Positions 48,724-56,823 of a stretch of DNA of 64,000 nt are shown piece by piece; the first letter of the stretch is position 1; the number at the start of each line of letters is the position of its first letter. Where the stretch lies: IMG/VR virus record IMGVR_UViG_3300027898_000001; one strand, 5' to 3'. Under the pieces are notes generated by a model. The model was not told the DNA's origin, made no database searches, and worked only from the letters and a program-made list of their open reading frames with translations. The position numbers and the translations under genes were made by a program. The DNA comes from a virus. Its lineage: Duplodnaviria; Caudoviricetes.

Positions 48724-49535
48724 TGCCGTATCTCGTATTTATCAAGAATATGTTTAACAAGAGGTTTATTACTTGGTGTGCGAGTCAGACAATCAAAATC
48801 TATATCAACATCTGTTTTGCATTTCACCAACTTGTAGGACAGTCGCAAGTTATCTAATTGCTCTGATAACCTTTTACCTGTCGCACCCTTAATGTTGTCT
48901 ATATTAGCAACAATATTTTTCAGAGTACCATACTCTTTAATGAGCTTTAGTGCAATTACATCACCAACGCCGTACACACCAGGAATATGGTCAGTCTTAT
49001 CACCTTTCATTGCAAGAAAGTATGTTACTTGTTTTGGTGTTAAGCCTTTCTCTTCCAATAATGATTTCAACGTAGTACGTTTCTGTGCCTTAGTATCAAG
49101 CAAATCTACATACTTGGAAATAAACTGTGCGCAGTCTTTATCGCCAGTTAGAATTGTAAGCTGCATTTCATTTTCAGTGTAGTGCTTTGCAATAGTACCA
49201 AGAACATCGTCGGCTTCAACACCTTTTATATTCAACACTGGAAGTCCAAACGCGCGACATAGTTTGCGGATAATAGGTTTCTGTACCTTTAGGTCGTCTG
49301 GACACGGTTTGCGATGCAGTTTGTAATCGGCATATAAATCGTAACGGAAGTTTCTACTCTCATGGTCAAATGTCACGATTATGTTTTGCTGTTCACGTAA
49401 CAAAGGTTTTATCATGTGATAGAAGAATGTGATAACGCCAGTTGGTTCACCCTTTCTAGTAGTCAATTGGGCTTTGAAACTAGCGTAGTATGCACGGTAC
49501 AAATAGTAGTTACCATCTAGTACTAGAGTGCGCAT
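48720..49535 (-). CDS. 5'-3' exonuclease / flap endonuclease (Pol I N-terminal, T4 RNase H-like)
   Basis: VLDGN..LYR.Y, FD....FR...Y..YK..R, EADD..GT, GDKD, GD..D.IPGV.G.G. Confidence 0.95.
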   Translation of the reverse strand: MRTLVLDGNYYLYRAYYASFKAQLTTRKGEPTGVITFFYHMIKPLLREQQNIIVTFDHESRNFRYDLYADYKLHRKPCPDDLKVQKPIIRKLCRAFGLPVLNIKGVEADDVLGTIAKHYTENEMQLTILTGDKDCAQFISKYVDLLDTKAQKRTTLKSLLEEKGLTPKQVTYFLAMKGDKTDHIPGVYGVGDVIALKLIKEYGTLKNIVANIDNIKGATGKRLSEQLDNLRLSYKLVKCKTDVDIDFDCLTRTPSNKPLVKHILDKYEIRQ

Positions 49536-50035
49536 TATTTGACAACCGTTAATGTTGGTTTAGCTGGGAAGTGAGAGTTCTCGAAAAACTCTTTAGATTC
49601 TTTCTTGTTATATTTGGACGCAAGTGGATTAGGAATAATGTATATGGGTTCGCTTGGAGATCCAAAGTTATACTCAAAGTAGAATGCTTTATCCTCAGAG
49701 GGTGCAGAATCACCGGTGCTAACGCCAATAATATTCTCTAATGGCAATACACAGCGGAAAGGAACACCGTTAAATGTTGTGTTGAATGCAATAACAGCGT
49801 TCTCATAATCTATATTGTAGTTCGTCATGGAACGTGTCGCAGCACGTAGCGTTACTTTTTTACGATCTTGTAGGGATTTTGGTAATGATAGTTCGACTGG
49901 AGATAATAGGAGTATTTGGGCGCGCGAGAAACTAGGCTTTCTTGACAATTGTATATGTGGGTCGTAACCCATCATAGACAACATGTTGATGTGGTTTTGT
50001 ACTACTTCGATATTGGTGCAGAACTGTTTTAACAT
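49535..50035 (-). CDS. sspB: SspB-like ClpXP adaptor, copy 1
   Basis: F...FNG.P....+PL..I+.+ core and C-terminal KPTLTVVK (E. coli XB tail RPALRVVK). Confidence 0.75.
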   Translation of the reverse strand: MLKQFCTNIEVVQNHINMLSMMGYDPHIQLSRKPSFSRAQILLLSPVELSLPKSLQDRKKVTLRAATRSMTNYNIDYENAVIAFNTTFNGVPFRCVLPLENIIGVSTGDSAPSEDKAFYFEYNFGSPSEPIYIIPNPLASKYNKKESKEFFENSHFPAKPTLTVVK

Positions 50036-50044
50036 GATTATCGC

Positions 50045-50079
50045 CTGTAAATATAGTTAAGTTCATAGTATATTTACAG
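50045..50079 (-). promoter_or_regulatory. 11-bp inverted repeat containing the CTGTAAATA motif and overlapping the sspB RBS
   Basis: CTGTAAATATA (50045-50055) / TATATTTACAG (50069-50079). Confidence 0.55.
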
Positions 50080-50104
50080 TATTTGTAGAAAATGGTTTAT
50101 CCCC

Positions 50105-50400
50105 AGAGTACAAACTACTAGCAATAGGATGATGTGTATAACCTAATGTTTTCGCTACAACAGTACAGGCAAGGATGCTGTGAGTATAGCTGAACCCTAT
50201 TGTACGCGGTCATTTGGGTGGATTTTTCACTCACCCCGTCATACAACAACTGTGATAAACCTGCGAATGATTAACGGCTCTACGCTGCTCTAATGCAACG
50301 CCTTACAATAAAGCATAAGGTTCGCTTACCGAGTACGTGTGATCCTTCTTAATGCAAACCACCTAGATCACGCAACGCATGTACTAATGCTATCGCTCAC
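50105..50400 (-). ncRNA. Unclassified structured RNA element, copy A
   Basis: ORF-free ~370-nt gap; many complementary stems; four ordered sequence blocks shared with copy B. Confidence 0.65.
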
Positions 50401-50407
50401 TTCCAAC

Positions 50408-50773
50408 TCAAGCTATTCTTGCACGTCTACGACTTTCAAATTCTTGGAATCTTGTTGTGTAGAATTCATCGTAATGTTCTTCCAATTTATGGACAGCATT
50501 TTCAATTATTTCTACAATATTTTGTACCTGAATTTTCTTAGATTGTTGTGTTATAGGTTGTTCGTCTAACCAAATCGTTAACCATTCTTTTAGTTCGCGT
50601 GCAACTTCTTTGGCATCATTTTTACACACAACAATATATTTATGTAAGTCTGAGAATACCAAACCTTTAGTGTCACTACCAACACGATGGTCTATGTAAT
50701 ATTCTGTTTTTGTTTCTTTGTGTGTTACAGAAACTGAACCACCATCACGGTGCATTGCTATATAAACTGTCAT
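50408..50773 (-). CDS. Hypothetical protein with RDGGSV motif
   Basis: 121-aa ORF, coupled to its upstream neighbour. Confidence 0.7.
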   Translation of the reverse strand: MTVYIAMHRDGGSVSVTHKETKTEYYIDHRVGSDTKGLVFSDLHKYIVVCKNDAKEVARELKEWLTIWLDEQPITQQSKKIQVQNIVEIIENAVHKLEEHYDEFYTTRFQEFESRRRARIA

Positions 50774-51108
50774 TCAATATTTCTCGGTTCGTAACAGGTA
50801 ACGTAATCTTTGCAACGATCTGCACACAGATTAAGCATTTTACGGTGATATTCGTTTTCAGTTTTCTTGGCCCATGTAATACAATTAACTGCCAATTCAT
50901 TACAATCTTGTTCTGATACAGATAATCTACCCATAACTGTATCGTAAACAGGTGCACCTATCATACCTAATGATTCACAAGCAATACCACCGCGTATCAT
51001 GTACCGCTTTTTATTGAACTCGAATAATACCGAACCACCGTCACGCACGGTACGAAATTCAGGGTATTCAATTTCTTCATTTTTAGGTAAGGTTATGTCA
51101 ATATTCAT
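50770..51108 (-). CDS. Hypothetical protein with RDGGSV motif
   Basis: 112-aa ORF, ATGA overlaps. Confidence 0.7.
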   Translation of the reverse strand: MNIDITLPKNEEIEYPEFRTVRDGGSVLFEFNKKRYMIRGGIACESLGMIGAPVYDTVMGRLSVSEQDCNELAVNCITWAKKTENEYHRKMLNLCADRCKDYVTCYEPRNIE

Positions 51109-51323
51109 TTTGCTAATCTCTTTCTAGCAGAATCGCACAATGCCATCATTTGACTGCGTACGGTAAACCATTCACCTTCCGGTACTCTTGTATCTGTTCT
51201 ACCTGCTAGAGCATACATACGGTTTATATCACGACCTAAGAATAAAGCTCTTTGCGTAGCGCAATGTATTTCACAATAACCGATAAATTCTTCATCAGTC
51301 ATTTCATTATCTTGTTGTGTCAT
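51105..51323 (-). CDS. Hypothetical protein
   Basis: 72 aa, AAGGTG RBS. Confidence 0.7.
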   Translation of the reverse strand: MTQQDNEMTDEEFIGYCEIHCATQRALFLGRDINRMYALAGRTDTRVPEGEWFTVRSQMMALCDSARKRLAK

Positions 51324-51360
51324 AATACACCTTATCTAAGTGAAATTAAAAATGATTGTT

Positions 51361-51630
51361 CCTGTCACAAATATCTTTCGATAAGTGTAGGCTACAGCAG
51401 TTGGGCGGAATCGGAGTATACCGAACTACCAGACATAACAATCTGCGGTTGATTGACGGCTCTGCGCCTTTCGGGAGTAGGATAAAGACGCTTACCTAGT
51501 TGAATGAGGTTGAAACATAAGAACCTAAGTAAGTCCGCATACCGTGCAGTTTAGCTACGCTGTTACAACAACCATATTTCCGAAGCGTAGTCACCATACC
51601 TATGTTTTAGGTGAATGTGAAACTGCAAAC
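51361..51630 (-). ncRNA. Unclassified structured RNA element, copy B
   Basis: ORF-free ~310-nt gap; TATC-GAAA-GATA tetraloop hairpin, 9-bp CTTACTTAG/CTAGGTAAG stem, TGCAGTTT/AAACTGCA stem; blocks shared with copy A. Confidence 0.65.
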
Positions 51631-51633
51631 ACT

Positions 51634-51993
51634 TTAAAGAATTACGTTTATAGCACTAGCCGTATTAGAATTTTGCGTCTGCATAACTGCGATGAACGCA
51701 TCCTTAGGTACGGAATAACAAGTCATCACCAATTTGTTATATAACTTACCTACAACAAATCTAGTGTAGTCGGTCTCACGGTGGTATTGTTGAAAATTTA
51801 GTTCGTACTCCGGATTTGATTGCAAACGTCGGAGAGTTTCATAGCCTAAGATAAGTACAAAACAATTCTTATCTGTGACCAGCTCTTCCAATTCACATTC
51901 ATCGAAATCCATTAACTTATTAGAAGCAAATGGCATGCGAAGTATGCGTTGAATGATGCGTAAATTCGCACCAGCATCTTGAAGTTCCATCAT
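51634..51993 (-). CDS. Hypothetical protein, weak capsid A-domain-like pattern
   Basis: LILGYETLRRL....VGKLYNKLV.T..SVPKD. Confidence 0.6.
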   Translation of the reverse strand: MMELQDAGANLRIIQRILRMPFASNKLMDFDECELEELVTDKNCFVLILGYETLRRLQSNPEYELNFQQYHRETDYTRFVVGKLYNKLVMTCYSVPKDAFIAVMQTQNSNTASAINVIL

Positions 51994-52055
51994 AGATCCT
52001 TAGCGTTGCAGTATTTATTATAACGTGTTAGAAAACAATGTACCCGCAACGCACT

Positions 52056-52247
52056 TCATCGCAAGATAGCGATATTCTTTTCTGGAACGTGTTGTGAAAC
52101 CTTACGAGTTATAGGGAATTCACAATCGGCTTCAATGGTATATCTCTGAACACCATTACATTTCTCTACTTCTGTTATTACGCCAGTAGATGTGCCTGAT
52201 TTTAAAATTGTGTAGGAAACTCTATCATTAACGGAAAATTTAGCCAT
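52056..52247 (-). CDS. Small SH3/KOW-like protein
   Basis: KFSVNDRV......G..TG.I.EV......Y.I pattern. Confidence 0.6.
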   Translation of the reverse strand: MAKFSVNDRVSYTILKSGTSTGVITEVEKCNGVQRYTIEADCEFPITRKVSQHVPEKNIAILR

Positions 52248-52259
52248 GATAGCACCTTA

Positions 52260-52613
52260 CTACACTGTTACAGCAACATCGTTATAACGAACATACTCAG
52301 CCAAAGTGAGAGGTAACTTGGCTTCAATTGCGGCATGATCGAATAAGGTTGCATCGTAACCTGAAGCGGACATAGCGTTCCAATCAATCGAGCTATCATC
52401 GAATGGTAAGAATGTAACAGTATTAGAACCAGTTGTGACTGTTGTACTATTGATAGTTGTTGAATTAATAAACATGCGTTCAAACTCGCGCGCTAACTCT
52501 AGTGAGGCATCCTCAGAAACACAAACTATTGCTGTTTTTGAATGTTTACTTGAGGACTTGAACGCGCTTGTCAACATATTCAATGTACGGCTGCTTCCTT
52601 TTAGTGCTGTCAT
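52260..52613 (-). CDS. Hypothetical protein
   Basis: 117 aa, coupled to sspB copy 2. Confidence 0.7.
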   Translation of the reverse strand: MTALKGSSRTLNMLTSAFKSSSKHSKTAIVCVSEDASLELAREFERMFINSTTINSTTVTTGSNTVTFLPFDDSSIDWNAMSASGYDATLFDHAAIEAKLPLTLAEYVRYNDVAVTV

Positions 52614-53020
52614 TTTACTACTCTCAATTTAGGTTTTTGTTTACTGAAAACTCGCATCATTTTAAAGTCCTTAGGATCGAATTCAAATATAATCTCATCA
52701 CCGCTTGATTTAAGCATAGGGATATATTCAACAGGTACTTTAAACTCCGCATTGTCTTCTACGCGGTTAAATGACAAAACACCGCTTTCATAACACATAC
52801 GCATGTTACGTACTGTAACATCCCACAACGGTACTGTTATGTACTCCTCATCAGCATAATCATTTGGTAATACTAATTCTGCGTTTGGAAGTGGGGATGT
52901 TGCATTAGTCCTATCTAAATATGGTTGTTTAGATACCACTAAGACTGGCACCAGATGCAAATCTATAATGCAGTCATAATAGCTACATAGTGTGTATGCA
53001 GTAATACAGGAAAAGATCAT
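52610..53020 (-). CDS. sspB: SspB-like ClpXP adaptor, copy 2
   Basis: Y.L.SYYD.IID..L.P.L+V...+.+......VRN+....E...+SF core; C-terminal KPKLRVVK. Confidence 0.7.
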   Translation of the reverse strand: MIFSCITAYTLCSYYDCIIDLHLVPVLVVSKQPYLDRTNATSPLPNAELVLPNDYADEEYITVPLWDVTVRNMRMCYESGVLSFNRVEDNAEFKVPVEYIPMLKSSGDEIIFEFDPKDFKMMRVFSKQKPKLRVVK

Positions 53021-53068
53021 TATAAATCCTTATTGTATGGCTGTCGCTGTTAGGTCATTGCATTAAAA

Positions 53069-53740
53069 TTATTGAGCACATAGAAAATTCAATGACAGAA
53101 CATACATGCCAGTAACATCCTGTGTAACATACTTATGGTTATTCTGGCGATAGAAATAGTAGCCAAATCCATATACATTTTTAAACAATGGCATAACAGT
53201 GCGACGGAATTGTTCATTGTTACGGAAACCTAATAACTTGGAACAGTGTATATCTTGTGAAAAGATATTAATAGTAATACCATCTTTAGTTCTTATAAGC
53301 TCCAACTCTGCATTGCTTTGCATATTCACATTACGAGCCGAGACTATTAAGAAATCCATAATATCCGCATAACCTAATGCCTTGAAATACTTATCTAAAC
53401 CTTTACACTGTGCTATTAAGTTTGGTACACAAGCGCGTATAGCGGCTTCCGATTTGGTGATACTGCTTGTAAATAGATCAATTATTTCTTGAATATAAGC
53501 ACTTTGACCGTATTTGTTAAAACTAACTATACGATAAAATATTCTGGAGTTATTGTGAAATACAGCAATATCAAACACATTAAGAGTAGAATGTTGTACC
53601 ATAGCGAATCTATGGGTATAACTTATAGCAGTATACACATTACCAGCTTTTAATAGCTCGATGCCGAAATACTTTAGTTTGTTTCTAACGTAATCAACAG
53701 TTAGTTCTTGTGGTGTAGGTTCTTGTCTAGTTAGCATCAT
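53069..53740 (-). CDS. Hypothetical protein, LGY-repeat family member 1
   Basis: KALGYADIMDFL ... SKLLGFRN. Confidence 0.7.
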   Translation of the reverse strand: MMLTRQEPTPQELTVDYVRNKLKYFGIELLKAGNVYTAISYTHRFAMVQHSTLNVFDIAVFHNNSRIFYRIVSFNKYGQSAYIQEIIDLFTSSITKSEAAIRACVPNLIAQCKGLDKYFKALGYADIMDFLIVSARNVNMQSNAELELIRTKDGITINIFSQDIHCSKLLGFRNNEQFRRTVMPLFKNVYGFGYYFYRQNNHKYVTQDVTGMYVLSLNFLCAQ

Positions 53741-54423
53741 TTGAAGAATCCTAATTGTAATTGATATACAGGTTTACTATATGGACGTTTCTTATTACTA
53801 GGTACAACTTTAACAGGCGAGTGTGAGAAATAGTTAATACCTAGCACTTTTAAAACTTTGTTTAGTTCCGAATCCCTGTCATAACCTAATGCCTTATAAA
53901 TCTTATCTTCACTGCAAATGGTTACGCCAAATCCATTGTTCTCACCGTCATGTTTAATCTCATTAAAGCTGACGTGTGTGAGTATCTTCTTATCATACAG
54001 GTGTGACATTGTTAAAATGAAATCAACGGCATTTTTATAACCGAAGTCTTTCATATTAGCATCGCCTAAATGTAGAAGGTCAGCGTATCTGGCTAGGTTA
54101 CGCTTGATGTTGAAATACTTTAATGTCTGGTGTTGGTAGTATGCTTTGTATCGCTTGATAGCAGTTTCCACTCTATCTGCGTAAGACGTTTCATCCAAGA
54201 AGCAGCGAATCACATCATGGTACTCATGTATTTTTGATGTGTGCGATATTACCAATTCAGTTCTAGTACCAGCATTCTGAATCAGTATAGATAAAATGTC
54301 TGGAACATACGTTAATGTAAACGTAACACTACTATCACCTACTTCTATATTATATACATGACCTACATGGTGCAATACGATACCCCGTATTGCTCGGTAA
54401 GCATCTTGAAGTTCTACGTTCAT
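53737..54423 (-). CDS. Hypothetical protein, LGY-repeat family member 2
   Basis: KDFGYKNAVDFI ... YKALGYDR. Confidence 0.7.
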   Translation of the reverse strand: MNVELQDAYRAIRGIVLHHVGHVYNIEVGDSSVTFTLTYVPDILSILIQNAGTRTELVISHTSKIHEYHDVIRCFLDETSYADRVETAIKRYKAYYQHQTLKYFNIKRNLARYADLLHLGDANMKDFGYKNAVDFILTMSHLYDKKILTHVSFNEIKHDGENNGFGVTICSEDKIYKALGYDRDSELNKVLKVLGINYFSHSPVKVVPSNKKRPYSKPVYQLQLGFFK

Positions 54424-54429
54424 AGCAGA

Positions 54430-54864
54430 TTACCGCTGTGGTTGAATTTGTTGCAGAATATTACTTTGAATACTCCATTGCATATTCTGAAACGAATTCT
54501 GGAACAGTCCTGCAATTGCCTTAGCAAGGAATTGTTCTACGTTTGCACCTACACAATTGTTAATCAGTTCTTGAATCTTCTCCGGATTGTCTTTGAACCA
54601 AAGATTGAGAGCGTCTGGAACTTTAGCACGTACAATATCCAGCAACGCTACTTCCATCAGAGCGGGTTCCATACGGTAATCAGTAGGTCTATGTGGGTTT
54701 GGAATTACTTTGCGTTCTTTGAAGAAAAGCTCCTCGATACCACGAGTCATAATTTTCTGCAATTCTTCTTCTGTGAGAAGCAGTCCTACGTTGGCGCGCA
54801 TTAAATCAATCATGCGCTCATCAAAAGATTTTACTTCTGCTAGTAGCGTATCACTGTTCGACAT
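54430..54864 (-). CDS. Hypothetical helical phage protein
   Basis: ATG at 54864 (MSNSDTLL) after AAGGAA preferred. Confidence 0.7.
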   Translation of the reverse strand: MSNSDTLLAEVKSFDERMIDLMRANVGLLLTEEELQKIMTRGIEELFFKERKVIPNPHRPTDYRMEPALMEVALLDIVRAKVPDALNLWFKDNPEKIQELINNCVGANVEQFLAKAIAGLFQNSFQNMQWSIQSNILQQIQPQR

Positions 54865-55537
54865 AGTGTATTCCTTCTTTGGTCCAGTTAGTTGCTGGAA
54901 GTTGTGAATCATTTAAGTGCTTGTAAAATTCTTCACGCACAGTATCTTGCAAAACATTCATTATTGCAGGCATTACAATTTCTTTTACAGGCAACTCAAG
55001 ATTTATTTTTGCTACAAACTCGCTAGGTATTGTATAGATCGTTGAGCTAGTGCATGATGCACGTATGTAGGGCGTTTGATTGTGTACAGCACACGTAATG
55101 ACAGATGCGGTGGTATCCGATCGGTGTAAGATAATAATGTATTGTCCTTGATGTAGATTTGGAAAGGCAGTTGGTTTACGTGTGATAAAACCTATACTTA
55201 CGGATGTAACAGGCTCTTTGACAAAATAATCTTTAAAGTCCGTCATCTTTAATCTACAAATGACTTTACCGATAGCATCACTCAATTCACTATTAGACAA
55301 GCCAAACTTACCAAGCTCCGACATTTTCTCCTGTGTCTTGATAGCAAGACACTCCAAACGAATCAACGCAGCAGCAAGTGAGGTGTAACTAGAACTCGCA
55401 TAGCGCGTATTCAGTGTACTACCACCACCAACATGTTCACCGTATTTCAATTTTCGTAATTGTGCAGATATATCGTTTAGATTATCTTGTGCGGTCTGCA
55501 CCATCATATTGGCAGTTTCTAAATCAATGGGTTTCAT
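54851..55537 (-). CDS. Hypothetical protein
   Basis: ATG at 55537 after GGAGG. Confidence 0.7.
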   Translation of the reverse strand: MKPIDLETANMMVQTAQDNLNDISAQLRKLKYGEHVGGGSTLNTRYASSSYTSLAAALIRLECLAIKTQEKMSELGKFGLSNSELSDAIGKVICRLKMTDFKDYFVKEPVTSVSIGFITRKPTAFPNLHQGQYIIILHRSDTTASVITCAVHNQTPYIRASCTSSTIYTIPSEFVAKINLELPVKEIVMPAIMNVLQDTVREEFYKHLNDSQLPATNWTKEGIHYVEQ

Positions 55538-56342
55538 TTGGACCTCCAGCAACGTGTACGCTAGCAGGTACAATACCAGAAAGTGCTAATGCTAAGAATG
55601 CGCTAGTATCTTTGCCCGCTTCATAGTGTTCGACAAATGCGTTGCGTGTGTGCTGCGACCAAGGCTCACCACCACAGCAGCTAAAGTCAGGACAACATTC
55701 ATCCCGCACATTGTTATGTAGGAATTGCCCCATCTGCCACTTCTTCATTTGCATATAACTTGTTGCTGGGCCGCTTCTAACTTGATGTAAGTTAAAATCA
55801 CGTAAGCTATCAATGCGCATAAACTTGCCGCCACATTCAACATCAATATTCCAAGGAGCATTAACTAACACAGGTACTTTACACGCTTCTTTAGTGAAAG
55901 CATCCATACAGTGCTCCACAGTATCATCAAAGAAGTAATCAACTTTACCGAATGTTTTGAGAATAAAATCTGCTTTGCTATCAAACAGTGGTAATACATG
56001 CAAAGAGCTGTAATTAACCCTGTGCTGTCTAAGCCAAATATCCGATTTTACTTTACCGTTAGGATCGAAACCTCTGTTAGTAACAAAATGAATATCGTGG
56101 TCGTCTTTATACAACTGATTGATTAACCACAATCCTGGTTTAGGTCTAGCCGTAGTAAACAAATCAGAATCGGTAATGTGCTTTAGCCATTCTTCGATAG
56201 GAATGTTTAAATATTCATGGGTAGCGCGTTTATTCCACTCGCGCCAATGTAACACGTTGGGGTCAATCTTTGCAGCCAATTCACCAAATTCTGGAAGTGC
56301 ATTGACAACAGTGTCATCAAGATCAAATACAAATACACTCAT
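55524..56342 (-). CDS. HAD-family 5'(3')-deoxyribonucleotidase-like protein fused to a Cys-rich ECCPDFSCC domain
   Basis: FDLDDTVV (motif I), FVTNR (II), SK (III), FFDD (IV), APWN. Confidence 0.85.
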   Translation of the reverse strand: MSVFVFDLDDTVVNALPEFGELAAKIDPNVLHWREWNKRATHEYLNIPIEEWLKHITDSDLFTTARPKPGLWLINQLYKDDHDIHFVTNRGFDPNGKVKSDIWLRQHRVNYSSLHVLPLFDSKADFILKTFGKVDYFFDDTVEHCMDAFTKEACKVPVLVNAPWNIDVECGGKFMRIDSLRDFNLHQVRSGPATSYMQMKKWQMGQFLHNNVRDECCPDFSCCGGEPWSQHTRNAFVEHYEAGKDTSAFLALALSGIVPASVHVAGGPNETH

Positions 56343-56770
56343 TTTAATGCCTTTGTTTGTTGATGAAAGAATAACGTGGCATCATTATAATACCACGTAT
56401 CCATCAGAGAGCGAATTTTCGATAATGGGAGCTTGTCGTACGGTGGTAATACGTGAAGTCCAAACTCTTCTGGAACGAATTGTGATGAAGTGCGTAGAAG
56501 TTCAAATATCCAAGAGGCGGGGTGCATATCACTTCTACATTCTATGTTTACAGATTCTAGCTTTGATTTCAATAAGCCATATTGATTTACGACAAAGAAG
56601 CGTCTGGCAATTTGCAGCATTAGATTGTCACACCTCGTAATGATTGCAGATTTCTCCTCACCCGTCATTCCATTCCATTGAACTATCTCGTGACAAAAAC
56701 GCTTGCAGCCTTTACATACATCATCACCAAGAGTAGTTGAGCACGTACCAACACATAGCGTTTTAATCAT
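56339..56770 (-). CDS. DUF1289-family (putative Fe-S) protein, long proteobacterial form
   Basis: CVG.CST..GD.VC.GCKR..HE+..WN....EEK.AI. Confidence 0.8.
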   Translation of the reverse strand: MIKTLCVGTCSTTLGDDVCKGCKRFCHEIVQWNGMTGEEKSAIITRCDNLMLQIARRFFVVNQYGLLKSKLESVNIECRSDMHPASWIFELLRTSSQFVPEEFGLHVLPPYDKLPLSKIRSLMDTWYYNDATLFFHQQTKALK

Positions 56771-56823
56771 AAGGAACTCCTAATGCGTTGACATACAACA
56801 AAGGTAAAATAACATGGGTAGTA

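Noticed and set aside
50261-51467. Group II intron domain V (GAGCCGT) or group I intron core
   Set aside because: Only GAGCCGT matches. The 34-nt DV hairpin geometry is missing in copy A, there are no P7 GACTA/TAGTC elements, and no interrupted gene flanks the elements.
50036-51633. tmRNA, tRNA or RNase P identity for the non-coding elements (tempting next to sspB)
   Set aside because: No GGGGCTGA 5' end, no T-arm GTTCRA..C with a CCA acceptor stem, no tag ORF, and no GAGGAAAGTCC plus ACAGAA..CGGCTTA pair on either strand.
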